A stretch of 64,000 bases of DNA from Promethearchaeia archaeon (GTDB taxonomy: Archaea > Asgardarchaeota > Lokiarchaeia > Sigyniarchaeales > SOKP01): NCBI GenBank assembly GCA_029856105.1, contig JAHQWH010000015.1, positions 128,001-192,000 of the forward strand, written 5' to 3'. The translations under genes and the position numbers were made by a program. Below are positions 40,259 to 49,447 of the stretch, piece by piece; within the stretch, counting starts at the first letter, position 1; every line of letters begins with the position of its first letter. Below the pieces are notes generated by a model. The model was not told the origin of the DNA and searched no databases. It was given only the letters and a program-made list of their open reading frames with translations.

Positions 40259-41554
40259 TTGGCTCAAAAAAATATTTATGAGTATGATGCTAAGAAGATT
40301 TTAGCTAATGAACTGCCAAAGTATTACCCCGAATTCAAATACCATAACAAATTAGTGATTATTGACTGCGAGACTGACTTAGAGAAAGCAATTTCAGATA
40401 ATCCTTGGATAAATACAGAAAAAGTTGTAGTTAAACCTGACCAACTTTTTGGAAAAAGAGGGAAGGCAAATCTACTTTTGCTAGATGCAAATTGTGATGA
40501 AATGAAAGATTTCTGTTATACCAATTTGGATAAAGTCTACGAGATTGGGAATGTAAGAGGTGCATTGAAGCGTTTACTTGTCGAACCTTTCATTCCTCAC
40601 GAAAAAGAATATTATGTTTCTATCACAACCGAAAGAGAGGGTGATGTGATCCATTTCAGTTTCGAGGGGGGCATTTATGTGGAAGAGAATTGGAATAAGG
40701 TCATTCACATACCAATACCTATTGGAACTGATATTAAAACCTTTGATTTAGAGAATAAATTGCCAGATTTAGGAGACTCTAAAGGTGTTTTAATGCCTTT
40801 TATTAAGGGGCTTTATCAAGTGTTTGTCGATCAGGATTTTACTTTTCTTGAAATCAATCCATTCGCAATCGCTCAAGACAACAAAGTTGTTCCATTAGAT
40901 GTTAAAGCTAGATTAGATGATACCGCTATGTTTCTTCACGCGGATACATGGGGGAATCCAATCAAACCGATTGAATTTCCTACTGCTTTCGGGCAAGTTA
41001 TGTCTGAAAAAGAAGCGTATATACGGGAATTAGATGAAAAGACAGGGGCTTCCCTCAAATTAAAAGTTCTGAATCCAGTTGGTCGAGTTTGGACTATGGT
41101 AGCTGGAGGAGGGGCTTCAGTTATCTATACTGATACGATCGTGGACTTGGGATATGGAGAAGAATTGGGGAATTATGGAGAATATTCTGGGAATCCATCA
41201 CGAGAATATACTGAAATTTACGCTCAAACCATTATAGATCTCATTACAGAAACTCCTGACATCGCAGGGAGATCAAAGTATCTCATAATTGGTGGAGGAA
41301 TTGCTAATTTTACTGATATAAAAGCTACCTTTACTGGAATTGTTAGTGCTATTAAGAATTCAGTTGAAAAATTGAAAAAAGCCAAAGTTAAAATTTACGT
41401 ACGAAGAGGTGGACCTAACGAAAAACAAGGACTTGAACTTATGAAGCAGGTTGGAGAGGAGACTGGCATTCCGATTGAAGTATATGATAGATACACTCAT
41501 ATGACTAGAGTTGTCGATTTAATAAAACAAGCAGAAGAAGCAGGAGGGGCTTAA
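40259..41554 (+). CDS. aclB: ATP-citrate lyase, ATP-grasp/citrate-binding subunit
   Basis: VVKPDQLFGKRGK, LEINP, ASLKLKVLNP.GRVWTMVAGGGASVIY, NYGEYSG.P, GGGIANFT, VRRGGPN. Confidence 0.92.
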   Translation: MAQKNIYEYDAKKILANELPKYYPEFKYHNKLVIIDCETDLEKAISDNPWINTEKVVVKPDQLFGKRGKANLLLLDANCDEMKDFCYTNLDKVYEIGNVRGALKRLLVEPFIPHEKEYYVSITTEREGDVIHFSFEGGIYVEENWNKVIHIPIPIGTDIKTFDLENKLPDLGDSKGVLMPFIKGLYQVFVDQDFTFLEINPFAIAQDNKVVPLDVKARLDDTAMFLHADTWGNPIKPIEFPTAFGQVMSEKEAYIRELDEKTGASLKLKVLNPVGRVWTMVAGGGASVIYTDTIVDLGYGEELGNYGEYSGNPSREYTEIYAQTIIDLITETPDIAGRSKYLIIGGGIANFTDIKATFTGIVSAIKNSVEKLKKAKVKIYVRRGGPNEKQGLELMKQVGEETGIPIEVYDRYTHMTRVVDLIKQAEEAGGA

Positions 41555-41555
41555 A

Positions 41556-43391
41556 ATGGAAGATTATGAACTTTTTAATAGGAATACTCAAGCAATAATC
41601 TACGGATTTCAGAGAAATCCTATCCAAAGAATGCTTGATTTTGATTTTGTGAGTAAAAGAGAAAAACAATCAGTAGCAGCAATTATAAGACCTACTCAGA
41701 CGGCTGCAATTAGTTATCACAAGGTTTTTTACGGGAATAAAGAAATAGTTATACCTATTTATAAAACATTAGATTTAGCAATGAAAAAACACCCTAACGC
41801 TGATGTGATGATAAATTTTGCATCCTTTAGATCCTCGTATGAAACTAGTAAAGAAGCTCTTGAATCTGATACAATTCGCACAGTAGTTATCATAGCTGAA
41901 GGCATTCCTGAAAGACAGAGTCGAGAATTAATAAAGATCGCAGAAGAGAGGAAGAAGAATATTATTGGTCCAGCTACCGTAGGAGGAATTGTTGCGGGGG
42001 CTTTTAAAATTGGAAATACAGCAGGAACTTTAGAAAATATTAAACTTTCCAAATTATATCGACCAGGCTCAGTTGGCTTCGTCTCAAAATCAGGCGGCTT
42101 AAGCAACGAAATGAATTTTATGATAAGTCAAACAACCGATGGAGTATTTGAGGGCATTGCAATTGGCGGCGATAGATATCCTGGTTCAAGCTTAATTGAT
42201 CATCTCATGCGATACGAAGCAAACCCTAAAATTAAAATGTTAGTAACTTTAGGTGAGATTGGTGGTACTGACGAATATGCGATAGTAGACGCATTGAAAA
42301 ACGGAAAGATAACAAAACCTATCGTTGTGTGGGTAACAGGTACAGCGGCAAAACTGCTGCCTAAGGGATTGCAGTTTGGTCACGCGGGAGCTATGGCAGA
42401 TAGCGCAAGAGAAACTGCTGACGCTAAAAACCGTGCATTAAGAGAGGCTGGCGCTATCGTTCCAGATTCATACGAAGATTTTGACAAAGAAATTAGAAAA
42501 ACATTTGAAAATTTAAAAAAGGAAGGTAAAATTGACCCCGTTGAAGAATTCGTACCTCCAGAAGTTCCACTGGACTATAATACTGCGATTCGTATAGGAA
42601 AAGTAAGAAGACCGACCGATGTAGTAGTGACTATTTCAGATGATAGAGGTGATGTGCCAACTTTTGCTGGTGTTGGATTAGATAAAATAATCAGAGAAAA
42701 CAAATCAATTGGGTATGTGATTGGACTTTTATGGTTTAAACGAGAGTTACCAGAGTTTGCTCAACAATTTATCGAGATGGTAATTAAATTGACAGCCGAC
42801 CACGGTCCCGCGGTTTCAGGAGCTCACAATGCTATTATAACAGCTCGCGCAGGTAAAGATTTAATGGCGTCGCTTGCTTCAGGAATTCTCACGATCGGCC
42901 CGAGATTTGGTGGAGCAATTTCAAACGCAGCTAAATACTTCAGGGAAGCTTTGCAAAAAGAAATGACCCCCTTAGAATTTATGGGTTATATGAAAGATGT
43001 CGTGAAAATTAACATCCCTGGAATTGGCCATAGAATAAAATCAGTTCAAAATCCTGATGTACGAGTTCAATTATTGAAAGAATTTGTCTTGAAAAACTTT
43101 GAAAAACATCCACACATTGATTACGCTCTAGAAGTCGAGAAACTTACCACATCCAAAAGAAATAATTTAATATTGAATGTAGACGGATGTATCGGTATAA
43201 CCTTCCTGGATTTGCTAGAAAACTTAGATTTCACTAAAGAAGAAATTGAAGATGTAATATTCAGCGAAGCTCTAAATGGATTATTCGTACTTGGGCGCTC
43301 AATTGGAATGATGGGACATGTATTTGATCAGAAACGCCAACGCGCAGGCCTCTATAGACAACCTTGGGACGAAATTCTATTTGCAGATTAA
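41556..43391 (+). CDS. aclA: ATP-citrate lyase, CoA-binding/citryl-CoA lyase subunit
   Basis: QRMLDFD, NFASFRS, IIAEGIPE, IIGPATVGG, LYRPGSV, QFGHAGA, ADHGPAVSGAHN, IGPRFGGA, GIGHRIKS, LILNVDG. Confidence 0.93.
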   Translation: MEDYELFNRNTQAIIYGFQRNPIQRMLDFDFVSKREKQSVAAIIRPTQTAAISYHKVFYGNKEIVIPIYKTLDLAMKKHPNADVMINFASFRSSYETSKEALESDTIRTVVIIAEGIPERQSRELIKIAEERKKNIIGPATVGGIVAGAFKIGNTAGTLENIKLSKLYRPGSVGFVSKSGGLSNEMNFMISQTTDGVFEGIAIGGDRYPGSSLIDHLMRYEANPKIKMLVTLGEIGGTDEYAIVDALKNGKITKPIVVWVTGTAAKLLPKGLQFGHAGAMADSARETADAKNRALREAGAIVPDSYEDFDKEIRKTFENLKKEGKIDPVEEFVPPEVPLDYNTAIRIGKVRRPTDVVVTISDDRGDVPTFAGVGLDKIIRENKSIGYVIGLLWFKRELPEFAQQFIEMVIKLTADHGPAVSGAHNAIITARAGKDLMASLASGILTIGPRFGGAISNAAKYFREALQKEMTPLEFMGYMKDVVKINIPGIGHRIKSVQNPDVRVQLLKEFVLKNFEKHPHIDYALEVEKLTTSKRNNLILNVDGCIGITFLDLLENLDFTKEEIEDVIFSEALNGLFVLGRSIGMMGHVFDQKRQRAGLYRQPWDEILFAD

Positions 43392-43542
43392 AATTTATAT
43401 TTTTTTTTATAAATAATAATTCACAATTAAAAATCGGAAAGAAACATTTGATTAACTTATAATTAATCAATAAATTGTAATATCAAGAGTATTAAAAAAA
43501 ATCATAGAAAAGTAAAAAGTAAAAGAAATAGGGAAAACAAAA

Positions 43543-44736
43543 ATGGATAATATTATTGAAAATGCGAAAATCCACTTTGGGAAACTTATCAAAGAGCAGT
43601 TAGAAAGAGTAGAACGAATGAAAAAAGCCGGAGATTGGGTTGATTACACATCGATAAAACCAATTATCATCGGACTCGTTGGGGGCGATGGTATCGGACC
43701 ATTTATTACAAAACACGCGCAAGCCGTACTGGAATTCTTGTTAAAAGAAGAGAGAGAGAATGGGAGCGTTGAGCTTCGAGTAATTGACGGACTAACAATT
43801 GAAAACAGAGCAAAAGTAATGAAAGCGATCCCTGACGACGTGTTAGTAGAAATAAAAAAGTGTCATGTGTTATTAAAGGGGCCCACTACAACACCAAGAA
43901 AAGGGGATAAATGGCCAAACATCGAAAGTGCTAATGTAACCATGCGTCGTGAGTTGGATCTATTTGCAAACGTTCGTCCAGTTAAAGTACCTGAAAAAAA
44001 TATCGATTGGATGTTTTTCAGAGAAAATACTGAGGGAGCTTATGTATTAGGTTCTAAAGGTATAAGTATCTCAGATGATTTAGCCTTTGATTTTAAGGTT
44101 ATTACAACGCAAGGAGCAGATAGGATTATCAGACTAGCCTTTGATTACGCTAAAAAGAACAATATTAACAAAGTTACAGTAGTTACTAAAGCAAACGTTG
44201 TAAAAGCTACTGATGGGAAATTTCTTGCTATAGCAGAGGAAGTGGCAAAAGATTATCCCGAAGTAGAATGGGACGATTGGTATATCGACATTATGACGGC
44301 TAAGCTAGTAGATCCAGCAAGACAAAGCCAATTTAGAGTATTTGTTGCTCCGAACCTTTATGGGGATATCATTACTGACGAAGCCGCTCAGATTCAAGGA
44401 GGCGTTGGAACTGCGGGCTCTGCGAACATTGGAAAACAATATTCTATGTTTGAAGCGATTCACGGTTCAGCCCCCCGTATGGTAGAAGATGGTAGGGCAC
44501 AATACGCTGATCCTTCAAGTATTATCAAAGCAGCGGCTTTACTTATGAACCATATAGGATTTGTTGAAAAAGCGAAAAAGCTCGAAATGGCACTTGAGAT
44601 ATGTGCAACGCTAGAAAAGAAAATAACAATTACTGGCCGAAACGACGGAGCTACTGGCGAAGAGTTCGCAAAGTATATCATGGATACACTTACAGATCCA
44701 CAATTAGAAGAACATTTTAAAGAATATAGTAAATAA
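43543..44736 (+). CDS. icd: Isocitrate dehydrogenase (isocitrate/isopropylmalate dehydrogenase family)
   Basis: GDGIGP, KGPTTTP, SANVTMRRELDLFANVRP (IDH-type SxN), RENTEG, NLYGDIITDEAA, FEAIHGSAP; TCA gene context. Confidence 0.8.
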   Translation: MDNIIENAKIHFGKLIKEQLERVERMKKAGDWVDYTSIKPIIIGLVGGDGIGPFITKHAQAVLEFLLKEERENGSVELRVIDGLTIENRAKVMKAIPDDVLVEIKKCHVLLKGPTTTPRKGDKWPNIESANVTMRRELDLFANVRPVKVPEKNIDWMFFRENTEGAYVLGSKGISISDDLAFDFKVITTQGADRIIRLAFDYAKKNNINKVTVVTKANVVKATDGKFLAIAEEVAKDYPEVEWDDWYIDIMTAKLVDPARQSQFRVFVAPNLYGDIITDEAAQIQGGVGTAGSANIGKQYSMFEAIHGSAPRMVEDGRAQYADPSSIIKAAALLMNHIGFVEKAKKLEMALEICATLEKKITITGRNDGATGEEFAKYIMDTLTDPQLEEHFKEYSK

Positions 44737-44794
44737 TATGAATTACTAAAAATATAACGATAACATTCAATTGAGTAAATTTTAACTTTTAATC

Positions 44795-44813
44795 TTTTTA
44801 TTTTTTTTTTTTT
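44795..44813 (+). terminator. Oligo-T terminator after aclBA-icd
   Basis: T13 run at 44801-44813, about 65 nt after the icd stop. Confidence 0.55.
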
Positions 44814-44820
44814 AAAAAGT

Positions 44821-45304
44821 CCGATCCTTCCACCTGACCTTATTATAGAGAAATGTGATTCGCGTGATCACTCCTTTAGCAAGGAAATCAATAATCACAT
44901 TATGAAAATCCTAGAGACGTTTGGAATAGATAATCTTGGAAGTATTGTCGAATATGATTATGATCCATACACCGCATGGTGGGCCAGTCGCATTATCATA
45001 ACTGGTGGTGCATCGAACATCCTTGGTTTGAGGTCCTTGCTCATTAGAGAGCTAGCTAAAAAGACTTACTGGTTGTGAAAAAGCACCCTCATGTCCTTTA
45101 GTGGATGTAAGTTTCAGAGACATCGCCTTTACAATACGTAATGTCCCTCTCGAAGATACACCTGGAACATGGTTGGGAGCATCGATAGAATCCAGCCTTA
45201 AAACATTCAAAGAGTGTTTTGTATCAAAAGAGATGTATTCAAATAATACGGATATAATTTTCACATTACACCATGAAAAAATGTGGACATCTATACTCAA
45301 ATAA
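44821..45304 (+). pseudogene. 5'-truncated, frameshifted actin-family (Asgard actin/Arp-like) gene remnant
   Basis: Frame from 44821 gives ...WASRIIITGGASNILGLRSLLIRELAK; after a +1 shift in the A5 run 45058-45062 it continues RLTGC...GTWLGASIESSLKTFKECFVSKEMY. These align with actin [24 protein letters not shown] and [25 protein letters not shown]. Confidence 0.75.
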
Positions 45305-45312
45305 GAAGGATT

Positions 45313-46302
45313 TTATTCGATGTATATATCTCTATTTTTTAAATTCTCTAAAACATAATTTTCTTTATCATTGAGAATGGGATTATTTTTTAAATCTAAA
45401 TCCTCAAGTAATTCAAGTTTAAGCAAAGATTCAGGTAAATTGGAGATTTTATTATTAAATAGATATAATCGAATTAGAGATTTAAGGTTGCCGATTGATT
45501 CAGGTAAAGTAGTTAACTCATTTTCCATCAAATCTAAAATTTCAAGATATGCAAAATTTCCTATGGATTTTGGAAGGATCGTCAATTTATTCTTTTTTAA
45601 ACCCAAATATGTTAATTGGGAAAGATCTCCTATAGAATCTGGAATATTAGTTAATTGATTACCCGATAAATCTAAAAAATTAAGAACCTTGAGTTTATTT
45701 ATTGATTCTGGAATTTCTGTCAAATTACTATCTACGAAACTTAATCCAACTAGATTTTTAATCGCCAATAAAGATTCAGGAAAAGCGGATAAATTGCTAT
45801 TACTGAAATCTAAATGAAATTCTGACAAATTTTTCATTGATTCTGGAAAACATTCAAATTCTGTGTCAAAAAGCGCTAAAAATTCAAGAGAACTTAAGGA
45901 TCCTATTGATTCTGGAAGATTTTTTAGTGGGTTTCCATCAAGCAGTAATGAATCAAGATTTTTAAGCTTTCCTATAGAATTTGGAAGTGAAGTTATTTGG
46001 TTCTCTCTCAATTCGATTAATTCTAAAGATTTTAAGTTATCTAAACAATTTGGTAGATGAGTAAGTTGATTATGTGCTAAATACAAAAATTTTAGCGATT
46101 TAAGTTCACAAATAGAATCGGGAAGGGACTCCAACCGATTATAAGATAAATCAAGATATTCTAAATTATCAGAATCTTCTAAACACTTGAGATCTTCTAA
46201 ATTTGTTAACCCAATATTTCCTAATTGATAGCCTATATAGCCATCATGATCCTCCTTTAGGAAATACTTCTCTCCATTAACTTCAATAAAATTTCCTGTC
46301 AT
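45313..46302 (-). CDS. Leucine-rich repeat protein (23-aa LxxLxLxxNxLxxLPxSIGxL units)
   Basis: About 11 tandem LRRs. Confidence 0.92.
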   Translation of the reverse strand: MTGNFIEVNGEKYFLKEDHDGYIGYQLGNIGLTNLEDLKCLEDSDNLEYLDLSYNRLESLPDSICELKSLKFLYLAHNQLTHLPNCLDNLKSLELIELRENQITSLPNSIGKLKNLDSLLLDGNPLKNLPESIGSLSSLEFLALFDTEFECFPESMKNLSEFHLDFSNSNLSAFPESLLAIKNLVGLSFVDSNLTEIPESINKLKVLNFLDLSGNQLTNIPDSIGDLSQLTYLGLKKNKLTILPKSIGNFAYLEILDLMENELTTLPESIGNLKSLIRLYLFNNKISNLPESLLKLELLEDLDLKNNPILNDKENYVLENLKNRDIYIE

Positions 46303-46401
46303 ATAGCTCTCAATTAATTATTATTTGAAAAAAAAATTGAATTTTTTGATTCCATTCAAATCTAATGAATACTATAATTGTTGAATACTTAATAAAAATG
46401 C

Positions 46402-46547
46402 TTGTCATTCCCGTAATTTCTATTATTTTTTAATTTAAGATTTTATAATTTCGATGATAAAATACAATTAGAAATCCCAAATTAATTATTAAAAGAATGT
46501 AAAAAACATTATTAGAGTGATTTGTATATATGAAGAAAAAGAAAGTA
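46402..46547 (+). repeat. Diverged duplicate of the arcE upstream region and first codons
   Basis: TTGTCATTCCCGTAAT (46402-46417 = 49353-49368) plus an ~80-nt similar block ending ATGAAGAAAAAGAAAGT (46530) versus ATGAAGAAAAAGAGAGT (49448). Confidence 0.8.
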
Positions 46548-46565
46548 AAAATTGTTTTGTTCTTA

Positions 46566-47936
46566 TTATTTTGCTAAACCTAAATATTTTAAAGCTTTAT
46601 TCTTAATTCTCTCCATCGTGGGAGTATCGGTAGTTTCTTCTAGGTAGTTAATTGTAAGGGTTAATTTTCCAGCGACTGTTACTGCGGGAATAACCAGTTC
46701 GATGTACGGAGTACCTGAAGTTACAAATATAAAACGATCTAACTCTAATGATCCATATTTGGTAGGATAATCTAGAAGACCAAGATTGGTAATAGCCAGA
46801 ACAGGTAATTTAGGAATTTGCTTTTTTGCCCTCTTATTTGCTATATTCTTCTCATCATTGCAGTAAGTATGAATTTTTTCATATCTACTAAAATTTGAGG
46901 GAACAAGATTTCCAAAAAATGTAAATTGACGGGCATCTACCATAGATTGATCAACGATCTCTGTAATCGCAGCAAATTGAAATATTTTTTTAATATAGAG
47001 ATTTTCTTTTGCTTTATCATTGTAAATTTTAGCATTCTCCCAAAAACCTTTTTTTGGATTATATGAGAATTCAAGCTCAAATCCTGAAATATAAACTCCA
47101 AAATTTTCACCTATGGGTTTACTATAGCGCTTTCGTGTGTTAACAGGAACCATAATATTTCGTTTTCCTCCTTTAAATGGTCCTCGGATAGAATTACGCG
47201 CTGCTAGAAAAGCTGTATTAAGAGCTGAATTCACAGTTAATCCATGTTGCCTACAGTTGTCAACGAGATTTGATGTTTCTTCTTCACTTAATTCCACTGA
47301 GATGATATTAAAATTATAGTTGTCCAAAAATGCTCTGAAGATATTATCCTCATCCTCCTCGTCAAAAATGACTTTTGATTTTTGCCACTTTTTATTCAAA
47401 GTATTAATTGCGAACTTTATGGCTTTTCCAATTTTAATATCTATTGGAAAATTATCTGGAGTTGCTAAGGGTGGCTCTGGCATCTCTATTACTTTTCGAT
47501 CAGGATCACCAACGTACAAAAGGAGATCACGAGCTAAAATTGCCAAAGAGGTTCCATCACATATCACATGATGACAAATTATAAGAATTTCAGAAATTTC
47601 GTGTGATTGCAATAATACAAAACGAGCTAAAGGACCTGTAGCTAATTTAAAGCGAATTTTGTATTCATTCAAGAGTTCTCTATTCCAATCTTCATCTGAT
47701 GTTCGTTGAACTACTCTTAACGGATTTTCAAGAACTTTTTCATTTATATACCATGGTTCATTGTTTTCATCAAGATAAATTCGGGCTCCCACCAATGGAT
47801 GCTGTTGCCTTACTTTATTTAATGCAATTCTTAAATCATCTTCTGAGATAAATCCTTTGACTCGAGCGACTATAGATATAGTTTGATTAGGAGACCTAAA
47901 AAATCTCCTCTCAAAGGAGTTTAGTTTTCTTTTCAA
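46566..47936 (-). CDS. Condensation-domain / alcohol acyltransferase (PapA5/Atf-like) protein
   Basis: HHVICDG (HHxxxDG), HPLV, GPLAR, PVNTR, ITNLG. Confidence 0.85.
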   Translation of the reverse strand: MKRKLNSFERRFFRSPNQTISIVARVKGFISEDDLRIALNKVRQQHPLVGARIYLDENNEPWYINEKVLENPLRVVQRTSDEDWNRELLNEYKIRFKLATGPLARFVLLQSHEISEILIICHHVICDGTSLAILARDLLLYVGDPDRKVIEMPEPPLATPDNFPIDIKIGKAIKFAINTLNKKWQKSKVIFDEEDEDNIFRAFLDNYNFNIISVELSEEETSNLVDNCRQHGLTVNSALNTAFLAARNSIRGPFKGGKRNIMVPVNTRKRYSKPIGENFGVYISGFELEFSYNPKKGFWENAKIYNDKAKENLYIKKIFQFAAITEIVDQSMVDARQFTFFGNLVPSNFSRYEKIHTYCNDEKNIANKRAKKQIPKLPVLAITNLGLLDYPTKYGSLELDRFIFVTSGTPYIELVIPAVTVAGKLTLTINYLEETTDTPTMERIKNKALKYLGLAK

Positions 47937-47977
47937 TTTTTTATATTGCGTAATTTTTTACACCTCATATTTTATTC

Positions 47978-48081
47978 TTTCATTGATTCTGAACTTTCAG
48001 AAAAAGTGAAAGTCAAGATATAATAAATATTTTGAGTATAAAAATGTTTTCATTATTTGTGAAATTTCACATTTTGTAAAA
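47978..48081. promoter_or_regulatory. Two tandem pairs of 17-bp palindromic boxes TTTCA-N7-TGAAA
   Basis: Boxes at 47978-47994, 47995-48011, 48048-48064 and 48065-48081 in the divergent intergenic region. Confidence 0.7.
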
Positions 48082-48119
48082 AGCTTTTTATATTAGAAAA
48101 ACTATATTATCATTAAGAA

Positions 48120-49229
48120 ATGCCTACAAATAATAAGAATAATCACATTTACGACAAAAAGATCAGGAATTATGAAAAGGAAGTCATAAAATTCTTTGTA
48201 GAATACGGAAAAAATAAAAGATCTGATATTGAATCTCATATTCTTGCTTACATTTTATTGCGCGAAGGACAATGGTTAACTCAAGAAAACATTAGAGAAT
48301 TATCACTCATTTTTTATGAAACTGAATTTAAAAAAGGCATTTCACAGGGTTCTATATCCCAAATTCTAAATAATTTCGTAGAATATAGCGTTCTAAATAA
48401 AAGAAAACTTGAGACTAAAAAGAACGCTTTTGAATATTCAATGTCAGGAGCTTTTAATCAAGTAATGTCTTCTGCTATAGGATATGGAATAGAGGAGTTG
48501 GAGAAGTATATCTTGTTCTTGAAGAAAAAATTAGCCTCTTTGGAAAAAATTGAATATAAAAGTAATGAAGTTGAATTTCTAAGAGTTAGGCTAAATGAAA
48601 GAGTAAAGGAATTAATAGAATTCTTTATTTTTCATAAGGATCTCTATGAAGAAATATTCAAGATACCCAATAATAAAAAGAAAAATATTAGTAAACCAGA
48701 AGATCTAAGTGATTTTCAAATTAAGAAGTCTCTTAGAGAAATTGAAAGAGATATTATTGAGTTTATAATAAATTGTCCATTATTCAGGTTTGGAAAGATG
48801 AAAGGCGCTCATTACCCTATTATTGCTTATTTCTTTACTAGGAAGAGATTAACTCAAGAAAAACTAAAAGAACTTACAGGTTTCTCTGCTGGAATGGTTT
48901 CTGAAGGTTTAAATTATATGCTTCAGGAAGGGTACATAAATTTAGATAAAGTTAAAGGTATTAGAGTACGGTATTACGAATTAAATTCAATTGCCTATTA
49001 TAATTATCTACATCTATTCCGGATCGTCAAATCAAATTCTGAATTATTTACAAGGTTAGATGCTATAAGCAGTGAAATAAAAACAAAAAGAACTGAGCTA
49101 AAAGATATAAATGGATATCGCATTATAAATAAGCGAGTTAAACAATTTTTAAATGCAAAACCCGTGGTTGAGAAATTATTAATATCATTCAAAGATGCAA
49201 TGGAAAGGTTTAAACATAAACCACAATAA
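48120..49229 (+). CDS. Transcriptional regulator with two tandem winged-HTH (GbsR/MarR-like) domains
   Basis: Two homologous halves: IlAY..R..LTQE.(I/L)(R/K)EL...S.G.(I/V)S..LN. Confidence 0.7.
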   Translation: MPTNNKNNHIYDKKIRNYEKEVIKFFVEYGKNKRSDIESHILAYILLREGQWLTQENIRELSLIFYETEFKKGISQGSISQILNNFVEYSVLNKRKLETKKNAFEYSMSGAFNQVMSSAIGYGIEELEKYILFLKKKLASLEKIEYKSNEVEFLRVRLNERVKELIEFFIFHKDLYEEIFKIPNNKKKNISKPEDLSDFQIKKSLREIERDIIEFIINCPLFRFGKMKGAHYPIIAYFFTRKRLTQEKLKELTGFSAGMVSEGLNYMLQEGYINLDKVKGIRVRYYELNSIAYYNYLHLFRIVKSNSELFTRLDAISSEIKTKRTELKDINGYRIINKRVKQFLNAKPVVEKLLISFKDAMERFKHKPQ

Positions 49230-49447
49230 AAAAAGAAGGAAATATAAAGAATTAGTATTATGAGGGCAATCAAAATAATCAGTGAAATTAAGGATTAAGC
49301 GGGTCTATATAGTAGAAAAAACAATTTTTAAAATTCTTTTGATGATGGTGGGTTGTCATTCCCGTAATACTTTCAATAAATATTATTACAAATCCAAAAT
49401 TAATTATTATAATAATGTGAAAAACACTATAAGAATGGTTTGTATTT

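Noticed and set aside
38033-44736. Claim of an autotrophic reverse TCA cycle
   Set aside because: 2-oxoglutarate and pyruvate synthases and fumarate reductase are not in the window; ACL alone is insufficient evidence.
45101-45304. 67-aa ORF as an independent gene
   Set aside because: It is the post-frameshift half of the actin-like remnant starting at 44821.
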